The position numbers and the translations under genes are program-made. This document shows, in pieces, positions 37,508 through 46,182 of a DNA stretch of 63,662 bases. Below the pieces are notes generated by a model, which was not told where the DNA came from, ran no database searches, and was given only the letters and a program-made list of their open reading frames with translations. Position 1 is the stretch's first letter. Each line of letters starts with the position of its first letter. The DNA is from Candidatus Eiseniibacteriota bacterium (GTDB lineage: Bacteria > ARS69): assembly GCA_052390515.1 (NCBI GenBank), contig JBQTGV010000179.1:1-63662 (forward strand). Reading direction: 5' to 3'.

Positions 37508-39528
37508 GTAGCTCTGCCTGCGGCGGCCAGCCGCTTCGCGAGAAGCAAGAGGTCCACGACCGTAAGCCCCAACTGCGCGGCGACTTCCGAGCCAGGAGCG
37601 GACGCGCCGAAGCGGCGGATTCCGTGGAAGGCGTCACCCGGCCGCATCCAGGGGGCGAAGGAGAGGCCGGTTCCGGCCTCCACGAAAAGCCGGGGCACGG
37701 CTGCGGGGAGGATCCTCTCACGCTCCCCGTCGGCCGCCCCGGCGAACGTCTCGAGACAGGGAAGCGAGACGACCCGCGCCGCGATTCTCTCGGCTCTCAG
37801 GGCGATGGCGACATCCACGCAGAGCGAGACCTCCGATCCGGTCGCGGCAAGCACCAGATCCGCGGCGCGGTCCGGCTCGTACACCACGCCCGCGCCGCCC
37901 ACCCCCTCGATCGACGGGACCCGCTCCAGCACCGGGACCGGCTGCCGCGTGAGCACGAGCGCCGTCGGCCCCTCGCGGCGGCGGAGCGCATGCCCCCAAG
38001 CCCACACCGTCTCGCGCGCGTCGGCGGGTCGGACCACGTGCACGTTGGGGATGACCCGCAGCGCATCCAGATGCTCGACGGGCTGGTGAGTCGGGCCGTC
38101 CTCGCCGACCCAGACGCTGTCGTGCGTGAAGACGTGCACGGCCGGGATCCCCATGATCGCGGCCAGCCGGAGCGAAGGCCTGAGGTAGTCCGAGAACACG
38201 AGGAACGTCGAGCCGAAGGCGCGAACCCCGCCGTGTAGCACGAGCCCATTCACGATGGCGGCCATGGCGTGCTCCCGGACCCCGTAGAAGACGTTCCGCC
38301 CGGCGTAGCCAGGCGCCGCGACCGGCTCGGCGCCGGCCACCGCCGTCAGGTTCGACTCGAAGAGATCCGCGGAACCGGCGATCAACCATGGTACTTGCCG
38401 AGCGGCCACCTGAACGACCTCGCGGCCGGCCTTCCGGGTGGGTACGGCCTCCCCCGTCTTCCAGCTCGGCGGGTCGGCCAGCAAGTCCGCCGGCAGCGCG
38501 TCCGCCAACGCCGCCTCCCAGGCCTTCGCCTCCGCGGCGTGATCGGCCCGGAACGCAGCCCGCCTCTCGAGCCAAGTGGCGGATTCCGCGGCGCGCGCCT
38601 TTCGCCAGCCCCCGAACCAGGAACGAACCGCTTCGGGCACGCGGAATCTCGCTCCGGGATCGAGGCCGAGCCGCTCCTTGACCGCCCGCACCTCCTCCTC
38701 CCCGAGCGGCGCGCCGTGCGCGCGGCTCGAGCCCTCGAAACGCGGGCTGCCGTGCGCGAGCTTCGTCGCTCCGACGATGAGGCTCGGCCGCATCTTCTCG
38801 GCCAGGCTTTCCCGCAGAGCCCGGTCGATGGCCTCGCGGTCGTGTCCGTCGATCGGGCCGACGACGTGCCAGCCGTAGGCGCGGAAGCGCGCGCCGACAT
38901 CCTCGGTGAAGGCAAGGTCCGTGGACCCGTCGATGGTGACGCGGTTCGCGTCGTACCAGACGATCAGCCGCGAAAGCCCCCAGTGCCCGGCGAGCGACGC
39001 CGCCTCCGCCGCCAAGCCCTCCATCAGGTCGCCGTCCGAGGCGAAGACGAACGTGCGGTGTCCCTCCGGGCCATCAGGTCCGTTCGGGAAGCGCGCCGCC
39101 ACCAGCCGCTCGGCGAGCGCCATGCCCACCGCGTTCGCGAAGCCCTGGCCCAGCGGCCCGGTGGTCGTCTCGACGCCCGGGGTGTGCCGGACCTCCGGAT
39201 GCCCCGGCGTCTTCGAGCCCCACTGCCGGAAACGCTCCAGCTCGGAGAGCGGCAGGTCGAACCCCGCGAGGTGCAGGAGGGAATAGAGCAGCATCGAGCC
39301 ATGTCCGGCGGAGAGCACGAAGCGGTCGCGGCCGGGCCACTCCGGCCACGCCGGATCCACCCGCAGGTGCCGGGTCCACAGCACGGTGGCGAAGTCGGCG
39401 CCGCCCATGGGAAGTCCGGGATGGCCGGACTTCGCCCTCTCCACCGCGTCGAGCGCGAGCGTCTTGATCGTGTCGACGATGCGCTGCTCGACGTCGACGG
39501 AGGGGGGCGCCGCGACCGGATCCATCAT
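37504..39528 (-). CDS. tkt: Transketolase
   Basis: [64 protein letters not shown]. Confidence 0.97.
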   Translation of the reverse strand: MMDPVAAPPSVDVEQRIVDTIKTLALDAVERAKSGHPGLPMGGADFATVLWTRHLRVDPAWPEWPGRDRFVLSAGHGSMLLYSLLHLAGFDLPLSELERFRQWGSKTPGHPEVRHTPGVETTTGPLGQGFANAVGMALAERLVAARFPNGPDGPEGHRTFVFASDGDLMEGLAAEAASLAGHWGLSRLIVWYDANRVTIDGSTDLAFTEDVGARFRAYGWHVVGPIDGHDREAIDRALRESLAEKMRPSLIVGATKLAHGSPRFEGSSRAHGAPLGEEEVRAVKERLGLDPGARFRVPEAVRSWFGGWRKARAAESATWLERRAAFRADHAAEAKAWEAALADALPADLLADPPSWKTGEAVPTRKAGREVVQVAARQVPWLIAGSADLFESNLTAVAGAEPVAAPGYAGRNVFYGVREHAMAAIVNGLVLHGGVRAFGSTFLVFSDYLRPSLRLAAIMGIPAVHVFTHDSVWVGEDGPTHQPVEHLDALRVIPNVHVVRPADARETVWAWGHALRRREGPTALVLTRQPVPVLERVPSIEGVGGAGVVYEPDRAADLVLAATGSEVSLCVDVAIALRAERIAARVVSLPCLETFAGAADGERERILPAAVPRLFVEAGTGLSFAPWMRPGDAFHGIRRFGASAPGSEVAAQLGLTVVDLLLLAKRLAAAGRAT

Positions 39529-41099
39529 CCCGTCACGCGCCGCACGGCGTCGATCGTCGTGCCGTCCACCCACTGGATCTCCGCCACGAACTCCTCCCCG
39601 AGCTCCGGCCGAGCGGGAGGTCCGCCGGTCAGCCGCTCCACCTCGGCCTTGATCTCGCGGATGTCCCGCAGCGGCAGGTCGCTGCCGCGGAGCGCCTCGA
39701 GCAGGTCCTTTCGCCGGGGATTCACCGCGACACCGCGCTCGGTGATGACCACGTCGATCAGCTCGCCGGGCCCTACGAGCGTCGTGACGCGATCCACCAG
39801 CACCGGGATGCGGTCCCGCACCGCCGGCAGCGCCAGGATCACGCACTTCCCGAAGAGACAGTTCTGCCACCCGCCGATGCCGTGCAGCAGCAGCCCGTCG
39901 GAGTGCGTCACGACGTTCGCGCTGAAGTCGACGTCCACCTCCGTTGCGCCCAGCACGGTCACGTCCACCATCGAGGCGAAGTTCCCCTTGCCGTGGTAGT
40001 TGTAGCTCGTGAAGGGGCTGGTGTTCACGTGCGCGGGGTTCTCGCGCATGGAACGCACGCCTTCCAGGTCGAAGGTCTGGCCGTCCAGGATGCAGCGGGT
40101 CAGCCCCTCTTCCAGCATCTCCACCAGGAACTTCGTGCTGCCGCCGCGCACGAACGACGCCGTGACGCCGGCCTCCTTCATCATGCCCTTGAGGAACAGG
40201 GCGAAGGCCAGGGCGATGCCGCCCGCGCCCGCCTGAAAGCTGAACCCCTCGCGCAGGATGCCGGCGTCCCGCACGAACCGCGCCACGTACTCGGCGATCA
40301 GCAGCCGGTCGGGGCTCGCGGTGATCTGCGTCGTCCCGGAGACGATCTGCGAGGGATCCCCCACGCGGTCGACGACCACGACCTGGTCCACGCGGTTGCC
40401 CTGGATCTGCCAGGGCAGGCACGGGAAGGGCACGAGGTTGTCGGTGACGACGATGACGTGCTCGGCGTACTCGCTGTCCGCCAGGGCGAAACCCAGCAGC
40501 CCGCAGGCCGAGGGGCCGCGGTCCCCGGTGGCGTTGCCGAAGCAGTCCGCAGTCGGCGCCGCGATCACGGCGATGTCGATGGGCAGCTGTCCGTCCTGGA
40601 TGGCCTGGTAGCGGCCGCCGTGGGAACGCAGCACGCCCATCCCCTTCATGCCGCCCTTCGAGGTGAGCATCCCGAGCGGCCCGTTCATCGATCCCTCGAT
40701 GTGGTGCACCACTCCGCGCTCCAGGTGCCGCACGATCGGCGAGTGGCAGGGGAACGACGCGCTCGGCGCCCAGACGAGGTCCCGCACTCCCATCTCCGCG
40801 GCGATGTCGAAGAGCTGGTTGGCGACGAGATCGCCGTTGCGGAAGTGATGGTGCGTGGAGAGCGTCATGCCGTCGCGAAGGCCGGCACGCTCCAGCGCCT
40901 CACGCAGGGATCCGACGCGCTTGTCCCCGCTCTCCGGATAGTCCGCGCAGGAGCGGATCGTCGGTCCGTGCTTCCGCCCCTCGGGATGGTGCGCGCCAAC
41001 GCCCGCGTAGGGCACCGTCGCGCGGCCGTTCACGCGCGCCGGAATCTCGCGGCCGGCGGCGTTCACGTGGACGCCCGGCTCCGCCGTCGAGCGGGCCAT
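39525..41099 (-). CDS. citF: Citrate lyase alpha subunit-like protein (CoA/ACP transferase)
   Basis: [53 protein letters not shown]. Confidence 0.9.
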   Translation of the reverse strand: MARSTAEPGVHVNAAGREIPARVNGRATVPYAGVGAHHPEGRKHGPTIRSCADYPESGDKRVGSLREALERAGLRDGMTLSTHHHFRNGDLVANQLFDIAAEMGVRDLVWAPSASFPCHSPIVRHLERGVVHHIEGSMNGPLGMLTSKGGMKGMGVLRSHGGRYQAIQDGQLPIDIAVIAAPTADCFGNATGDRGPSACGLLGFALADSEYAEHVIVVTDNLVPFPCLPWQIQGNRVDQVVVVDRVGDPSQIVSGTTQITASPDRLLIAEYVARFVRDAGILREGFSFQAGAGGIALAFALFLKGMMKEAGVTASFVRGGSTKFLVEMLEEGLTRCILDGQTFDLEGVRSMRENPAHVNTSPFTSYNYHGKGNFASMVDVTVLGATEVDVDFSANVVTHSDGLLLHGIGGWQNCLFGKCVILALPAVRDRIPVLVDRVTTLVGPGELIDVVITERGVAVNPRRKDLLEALRGSDLPLRDIREIKAEVERLTGGPPARPELGEEFVAEIQWVDGTTIDAVRRVTG

Positions 41100-42298
41100 C
41101 AGCGCGCGCCCCGCGCGGCGTCGAGCCGCCCGGTCCTCGCCGCCAAGTCCACCGTCCGCTGCGCGCGCTTCACCACCGGAGGATCGATCATCTTCGAGCC
41201 GAGCGAAACGACGCCCAGGCCCTTCGCCCTGGCTTCCTCGAAGGCGCGCACCACGCGGACCGCGTAGTCCAGCTCCGCGGCGGTCGCGGCGAAGGCCTCG
41301 TGGATCACCGGGATCTGGCGCGGATGGATGCAGCCTTTGCCCTCGAAGCCGAGCGACTTCGCCTCCCGCACCGACGCGGCCAGCCCGTCGGGGTCGGCGA
41401 CGTCGGAATAGACCGAGTCGATGGGCTGGGCGCCCGCGGCCCGCGCCGCGGCCACCACCATGGAGCGCGCCCAGAAGCTCTCCCGCCCCTCGGCGGTCCG
41501 CGCCGCCCCGATGTCCGCGGTGTAGTCCTCGAGTCCGATCGTCAGCGCGACGACGCTCGGATGCGCCCGGGCGATCGCCTCGGCGTGCTGCACTCCGGCG
41601 GCGCTCTCCAGGATGGGCATGAGCCAGGGCGAAGGCCCATCGCGCGCGAGCCGTGCCGCTTCCTCCGCGACCGCCACGACCTGCGCGGCCTCCTCCACCT
41701 TGGGAACGAGAACGACCTGGACGCCGTGCCCGACGACGAAGGGCAGGTCCGCGAGCCCGGCGGGCAGCTGATTGATGCGCACCATCCGCTCGCACGAGCC
41801 CCAGTCGAGGAAGCGAAGAGCGTTGCGCACCAGCACGCGGGCCGCCGGCTTCTCCGCGAACGGGACGCTGTCCTCGAGATCGAGGATGACACCGTCGGGC
41901 CGGTGGAGCGCCGCGTTGATCATGTACTTCGGAGTCGTGCCCGGCAGATAGAGGCGGGAACGACGCAGCCTCTCCCGCTCCGACGGGGCGCGGTTGCCCG
42001 GATGCAGGTCGGGCAGGACTTCGGCTGGCGCCCGCCCGCCGAGCGCGCGCACGGCGGCTTCGAGCCGCGCGTCGAGCACGAAGGGCAACGCACCCTGGTC
42101 CTCGATCTCGACGCGGGCATCGGCCACGCCGAGAACGCGGCACGAGGCCTCCGCCTGCCGGCGGACGGCTGGGCCGTAGAGAGCGCCGACCTTGCTGGTG
42201 AGCGCGATCTCCACGCCGCCGGAAGACCGCGGCTCGACGCGCACCCAGGCGTCGGAACGAACCTCCGGGCCACGCGGTCCGGCCTCTCCAGCCCTCAC
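41099..42298 (-). CDS. Fusion of citrate lyase ACP (CitD-like) and citryl-ACP/CoA lyase (CitE-like)
   Basis: N-terminal ~90 aa (VRSD..V.V, SKVGALYG, IEDQGALPFVLDARL) is CitD-like; then RRSRLYLPG, ILDLEDSV, VRIN, PKVE, GLEDY, GKGCIHPRQ (CitE). GTG 42298 overlaps the upstream stop. Confidence 0.88.
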   Translation of the reverse strand: MRAGEAGPRGPEVRSDAWVRVEPRSSGGVEIALTSKVGALYGPAVRRQAEASCRVLGVADARVEIEDQGALPFVLDARLEAAVRALGGRAPAEVLPDLHPGNRAPSERERLRRSRLYLPGTTPKYMINAALHRPDGVILDLEDSVPFAEKPAARVLVRNALRFLDWGSCERMVRINQLPAGLADLPFVVGHGVQVVLVPKVEEAAQVVAVAEEAARLARDGPSPWLMPILESAAGVQHAEAIARAHPSVVALTIGLEDYTADIGAARTAEGRESFWARSMVVAAARAAGAQPIDSVYSDVADPDGLAASVREAKSLGFEGKGCIHPRQIPVIHEAFAATAAELDYAVRVVRAFEEARAKGLGVVSLGSKMIDPPVVKRAQRTVDLAARTGRLDAARGAR

Positions 42299-44238
42299 GC
42301 GATGACCTCCCGCACCAGAGCCTCGGCCCCGCCGGCCACGACGAGCCGCTGGGCCACCTCCCCGAGCGGCAGGAACGGAAGCGCTTCGCCACCAATGCGA
42401 ACCTGTGAAGCACGGAAGTCCACGGTGACCTGAATGCCGGTGCGGATCGTCAGCCGCGCGTCCCCCGCGAACTTCTTCGCCAGGCGCTCCACGAGCGCCT
42501 CGCACTCGATCACCGGGAACCCGTTGTTGAACGCGTTGCGCTTGTAGGTCTGGGAGTACGACGCCGCGACCAGGAGGGGAATGCCGAAGTGTTGGAGCGC
42601 GGTGGCGGCCTGCTCGCGGCTCGAGCCCGAACCGAAGTTGCGCCCGCCGACGAGGATGTCCCCGCGGCGCGCGGTCCGCTGGAACTCCGGGTCGTAGTTG
42701 CGGAAGGCGTGGCGGGCCATCTCCTCCGGCGGAAGGTCGTCCTGGTAGGTCACGTCCTTCCCGTAGATCCCGTCGGTGTTCATGTTGTCCTTCGGCAACC
42801 AGACGAGCTCACCGCGGATCTCCGCGGGGAAGCCGGGCAGAATCTCCGTCACGACCTGCTTGCCGGCGTTCGCGCCGCCCTCGTCCCGCATCGAGCTGAC
42901 GATCGCCAGCGACTCGAACCGCTGGTGGCCGGCGATCCTCCCGGCAACCGCGGACGCGGCGACGACCGCTGGGCTCGCGAGGTAGCACTGCGCCTCGCGG
43001 GAGCCCATCCGCCCCTTGAAGTTGCGGTTCGTCGCGGAAATACCCACCTCGCCCGCCTCCAGTGTCCCCTTGCCGAGACCGATGCACGGCCCGCATCCCG
43101 GCGGGAGCGGGACTGCGCCGGCCTCGATCAAGGCGCCCCACGCGCCGCTCTGGCGTGCCGCCGCCTCGACCGACGCGGAAGCCGCCGCGAGATAGAACTC
43201 CACCCCCGGTGCGACCTTGCGCCCCCGGACCACCCGCGCCGCCTCCTCGATGTCCTCGAGCCGCGAGTTCACGCAGGAGACCAGGTACGCCTTGTCGATC
43301 TTGATTCCGCGCGCCTCGATGTCCGGAAGGGGCGTGATCGTCTTCACCTCGTTCGGTCCGGCGACGTGCGGGACGACCCGCTCCAGATCCAGCGTGATGT
43401 CCCGCGCCCAGACCGCGTCGGGGTCCGCCCGCGGCATCGCCGCGAGGCGCATGGCCACGATCTCCTCGGTGAGCCGCGGCCGCGCATCGCCTCGCTCCCG
43501 GAAGTACTTCGCGCGGTCCAGGAGCCACCGCTCCAGGACGCGATCGAACGGGAACACCCCGGCGAGCGCACCCCACTCCGTGGTCATGTTCGCGACGGTC
43601 ATGCGTTGATCCAGGGTGAGCGCGGCGACTCCGTCGCCCGTGAACTCCACGACGTGATTCAGCACCTCGTCGCTCTTGAACGTGCCGATCAGCGAGATGA
43701 TGACGTCTTTCCCGACGACACCCGCGCGAAGACGACCGCGCAGCTCCACGCGCGAGACCGGCGGCACCTCCCACCAGGTCTCCCCCGTGGCCCAGATGGC
43801 CGCGGCGTCGGTGCGGACCACCGGCGTGCCGACGGCCGCGAGCGCCCCGTACAGGTTCGAGTGCGAGTCCGAGCCGACCACGAACGTCCCCGGGTGGACG
43901 AACCCTTCCTCGGCCATGATCTGGTGGGAGATGCCGCTGCGCGCCGGAAAGAAGGCGATGCCGTGCTGCTTCGCGAAGGACTCGATCTTCGCGTACTTGC
44001 CCAGGTTGGATTCGCTCTCGTTCTGGATGTCGTGGTCCAGGGCGAAGACCGGCTGCGCGGCGTCGTGGATACGCGAGGCACCGATGGACAGGAACTTGGG
44101 GATCACCGCGCCGGTGTTGTCGTGGGTCATCACGTGGGACGGGCGGACCCGCACCATGTCGCCGGAGCGGACCGGCCGGCCAGCCGGCCGGCCGACGGCA
44201 TGCCGCTCGGTGATCTTCTCCAGTACGGTCTGACCCAC
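42295..44238 (-). CDS. Single-chain aconitase-family enzyme, homoaconitase (LysF/Lys4)-like
   Basis: HVMTHDN, DHDIQN, GISHQ, SDSHSN, GTPVVRTDAAAIWATGETWW, SCVNSR and GCGPCIG (three Fe-S Cys), SATNRNFKGRMG, swivel domain NFGSGSSREQA. Confidence 0.88.
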   Translation of the reverse strand: MGQTVLEKITERHAVGRPAGRPVRSGDMVRVRPSHVMTHDNTGAVIPKFLSIGASRIHDAAQPVFALDHDIQNESESNLGKYAKIESFAKQHGIAFFPARSGISHQIMAEEGFVHPGTFVVGSDSHSNLYGALAAVGTPVVRTDAAAIWATGETWWEVPPVSRVELRGRLRAGVVGKDVIISLIGTFKSDEVLNHVVEFTGDGVAALTLDQRMTVANMTTEWGALAGVFPFDRVLERWLLDRAKYFRERGDARPRLTEEIVAMRLAAMPRADPDAVWARDITLDLERVVPHVAGPNEVKTITPLPDIEARGIKIDKAYLVSCVNSRLEDIEEAARVVRGRKVAPGVEFYLAAASASVEAAARQSGAWGALIEAGAVPLPPGCGPCIGLGKGTLEAGEVGISATNRNFKGRMGSREAQCYLASPAVVAASAVAGRIAGHQRFESLAIVSSMRDEGGANAGKQVVTEILPGFPAEIRGELVWLPKDNMNTDGIYGKDVTYQDDLPPEEMARHAFRNYDPEFQRTARRGDILVGGRNFGSGSSREQAATALQHFGIPLLVAASYSQTYKRNAFNNGFPVIECEALVERLAKKFAGDARLTIRTGIQVTVDFRASQVRIGGEALPFLPLGEVAQRLVVAGGAEALVREVIA

Positions 44239-44292
44239 GGCCCCTCCGAGGCGTTCCTGACCGAAGGTAGCAGGGCCGGAAGGGTCGAGCAA

Positions 44293-44321
44293 GCGAGCCG
44301 CCCGCGCACAGGGCGGCTCGC
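44293..44321 (-). terminator. Hairpin between the thioredoxin-TPR gene and the aconitase operon
   Basis: Perfect 11-bp stem GCGAGCCGCCC/GGGCGGCTCGC with 7-nt loop; only TT follows on the minus strand. Confidence 0.55.
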
Positions 44322-44330
44322 CGGCCGCCG

Positions 44331-45494
44331 TCAGTTCGTGGACGCGGTCAAGGTCTCGAATCGCTCGAGCTGCTTCTTGTAGTACTCCGACTCGGGCGCG
44401 TTCTCGACGGCCTGCCGGATCAGCACGACGGCCTCCGGGCAGTTGCCGCGCGCGTTGCAGATCTCCGCGGCGGTGTCGAGCACGGCCGCTTTGTCCGTCC
44501 CGGCCGGCGCGAGCTCGATGCCTCGCCGCGCGAGCACCTCGGCTTCCTCCAGCCGCACGCCGTTCTCGAAGCACCACCAGGCCACGCTGTTCAACGCGTC
44601 GTGATCGGACTTCCAGCCCTCGGCCTGGGACGCGAGCTTCAGCTCGTACGCCCGGTTCTTGTCCTTCTGCACGCGCAGCGCGTGGTCGATCTCCAGATCC
44701 TTCGCCGTATCGGCGTAGTTCTCGTCGGTGCGCGCTGCGCGGAGCGCCGGTTCCAGGTAGGGCGTCGCGAAGTCGGCCTTCTCCGCCTTCTTCTCCACCC
44801 GACGCATCAGGAACCAGGTCTGCACGAGCTGATCGACGGGACGGTCCGCCTGCGCGACGACGACGTCGGCCGCCTCGCGCGCCTGGTCCGCGGTGAACGC
44901 GTCCGTGTAAATCCCGGATGCCATGGCGTCGAGGATCTGGAAGTCACGGTTCGTCGACGGGTCCAGGACGGCGGCCTTGCGGTAGTGAGCCACCGCCTCG
45001 AGGAACTCTCCGCCCGCCGCGTGCACTCGGGCAAGCGTCTCCGCATCCTTCGCCGTCGGCTTCGCGGCGAAGCGCTCACGCTTCTGCGTGACGGTCGTCG
45101 GGTCGGCCAGCGCCTCGCCGAGCTGCGTCTGGAAGTACCCGCCGCCGTAGCCGACCCACTTGTCGATCGGCTCTCCCGAGGAGCTGGCCAGGACGAACGT
45201 CGGGAAGGCCTGCACGCCGTGGGCCTTGGCCATCTCGATGCCTTCGCCCTTCTCCGCATCGATCTGGAACAGCACGACGGCCTCGAGCGCCTTCATCGTC
45301 TCCGCGTCGGACTGGGCGTCCTTGGCGAAGACCTTGCACGGGCCGCACCACGTGGCGAAGAAGTCGACGAGCAGCGGCTTGCCCTGCTCTGCGGCAAGGG
45401 CCTTCGCCTCGGCGAACGTGGCCGGACCTCCGCCGGCCGGGGCTTGGGTGGCGCCGAGGAGCAGCGCCGCGGCGATCCATGGACTGAGCTTCAT
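44331..45494 (-). CDS. Exported thioredoxin-family protein with helical/TPR-like C-terminal region
   Basis: Signal peptide; VDFFATWCGPC, AFPTF; TPR-like LNSVAW and VLDTAAE. Confidence 0.85.
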   Translation of the reverse strand: MKLSPWIAAALLLGATQAPAGGGPATFAEAKALAAEQGKPLLVDFFATWCGPCKVFAKDAQSDAETMKALEAVVLFQIDAEKGEGIEMAKAHGVQAFPTFVLASSSGEPIDKWVGYGGGYFQTQLGEALADPTTVTQKRERFAAKPTAKDAETLARVHAAGGEFLEAVAHYRKAAVLDPSTNRDFQILDAMASGIYTDAFTADQAREAADVVVAQADRPVDQLVQTWFLMRRVEKKAEKADFATPYLEPALRAARTDENYADTAKDLEIDHALRVQKDKNRAYELKLASQAEGWKSDHDALNSVAWWCFENGVRLEEAEVLARRGIELAPAGTDKAAVLDTAAEICNARGNCPEAVVLIRQAVENAPESEYYKKQLERFETLTASTN

Positions 45495-45571
45495 GTGGGC
45501 GTCCTTTCACGAGCGTGAGATCCGGGCTGGACCTGGGCCGATCTTCCCTGATTCGGCGACCCGGAGACCAG

Positions 45572-46108
45572 TCAAAAGCCCTTCGGCGGGAACTCCTTCA
45601 GGATCTTCGCCACCGCTTCCCGGACCGCCTCCTCGGACGGGCCAGCTTCGGAGACGATTCCTTCGCCCCAGCCGCTCCAGACGATCTCGTCCTGCGCCCG
45701 GTCCACGATGCCCAGGACGAGGGTTCCCTCCTTGTAGGTGTCGACGTCGTGCCAGCGGCGCCAGCCCGGCCCGTACGAGTACACGTTCACGCGGTCCCGG
45801 ACCTTCACGTTGTACACGACGAGGAAGTCCCCGCCGCTCTCACGGGACTCGTAGCCTCGCGCGGCGAGCTCGGCGTCGACCGCCTGGCGGATGCGACGAT
45901 CGAGGAAGTGGAACCGCGCGGCGTCGGCGTCGTCCTTGGTCCGCGCCCAGGAGTACGTGTGCAGCGTCGAGAAGTCGTACTGGCGGTCCCAATCCGTAGC
46001 GACGCGCACCGAGGAGCATCCCATCGCCAGAGCGAACAGGACCAGGGAGCGGCCCGCTCCCCGAGCGGCGCGGGGGGCCGCCGCGATGCATGCGAGGCGG
46101 AGATCCAT
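45572..46108 (-). CDS. DUF4136-like lipoprotein
   Basis: Lipobox LAMGC; DFSTLHTYSW, YKEGTLVLGIVD...VWSG, ILKEFPP. Confidence 0.82.
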   Translation of the reverse strand: MDLRLACIAAAPRAARGAGRSLVLFALAMGCSSVRVATDWDRQYDFSTLHTYSWARTKDDADAARFHFLDRRIRQAVDAELAARGYESRESGGDFLVVYNVKVRDRVNVYSYGPGWRRWHDVDTYKEGTLVLGIVDRAQDEIVWSGWGEGIVSEAGPSEEAVREAVAKILKEFPPKGF

Positions 46109-46182
46109 CCCCACTCGATAACACCGAAGGAGGCCGGGCGCAACCCGCACCCGGCCCCCCGCTCGGTGTCCGTCGCTTCGCC

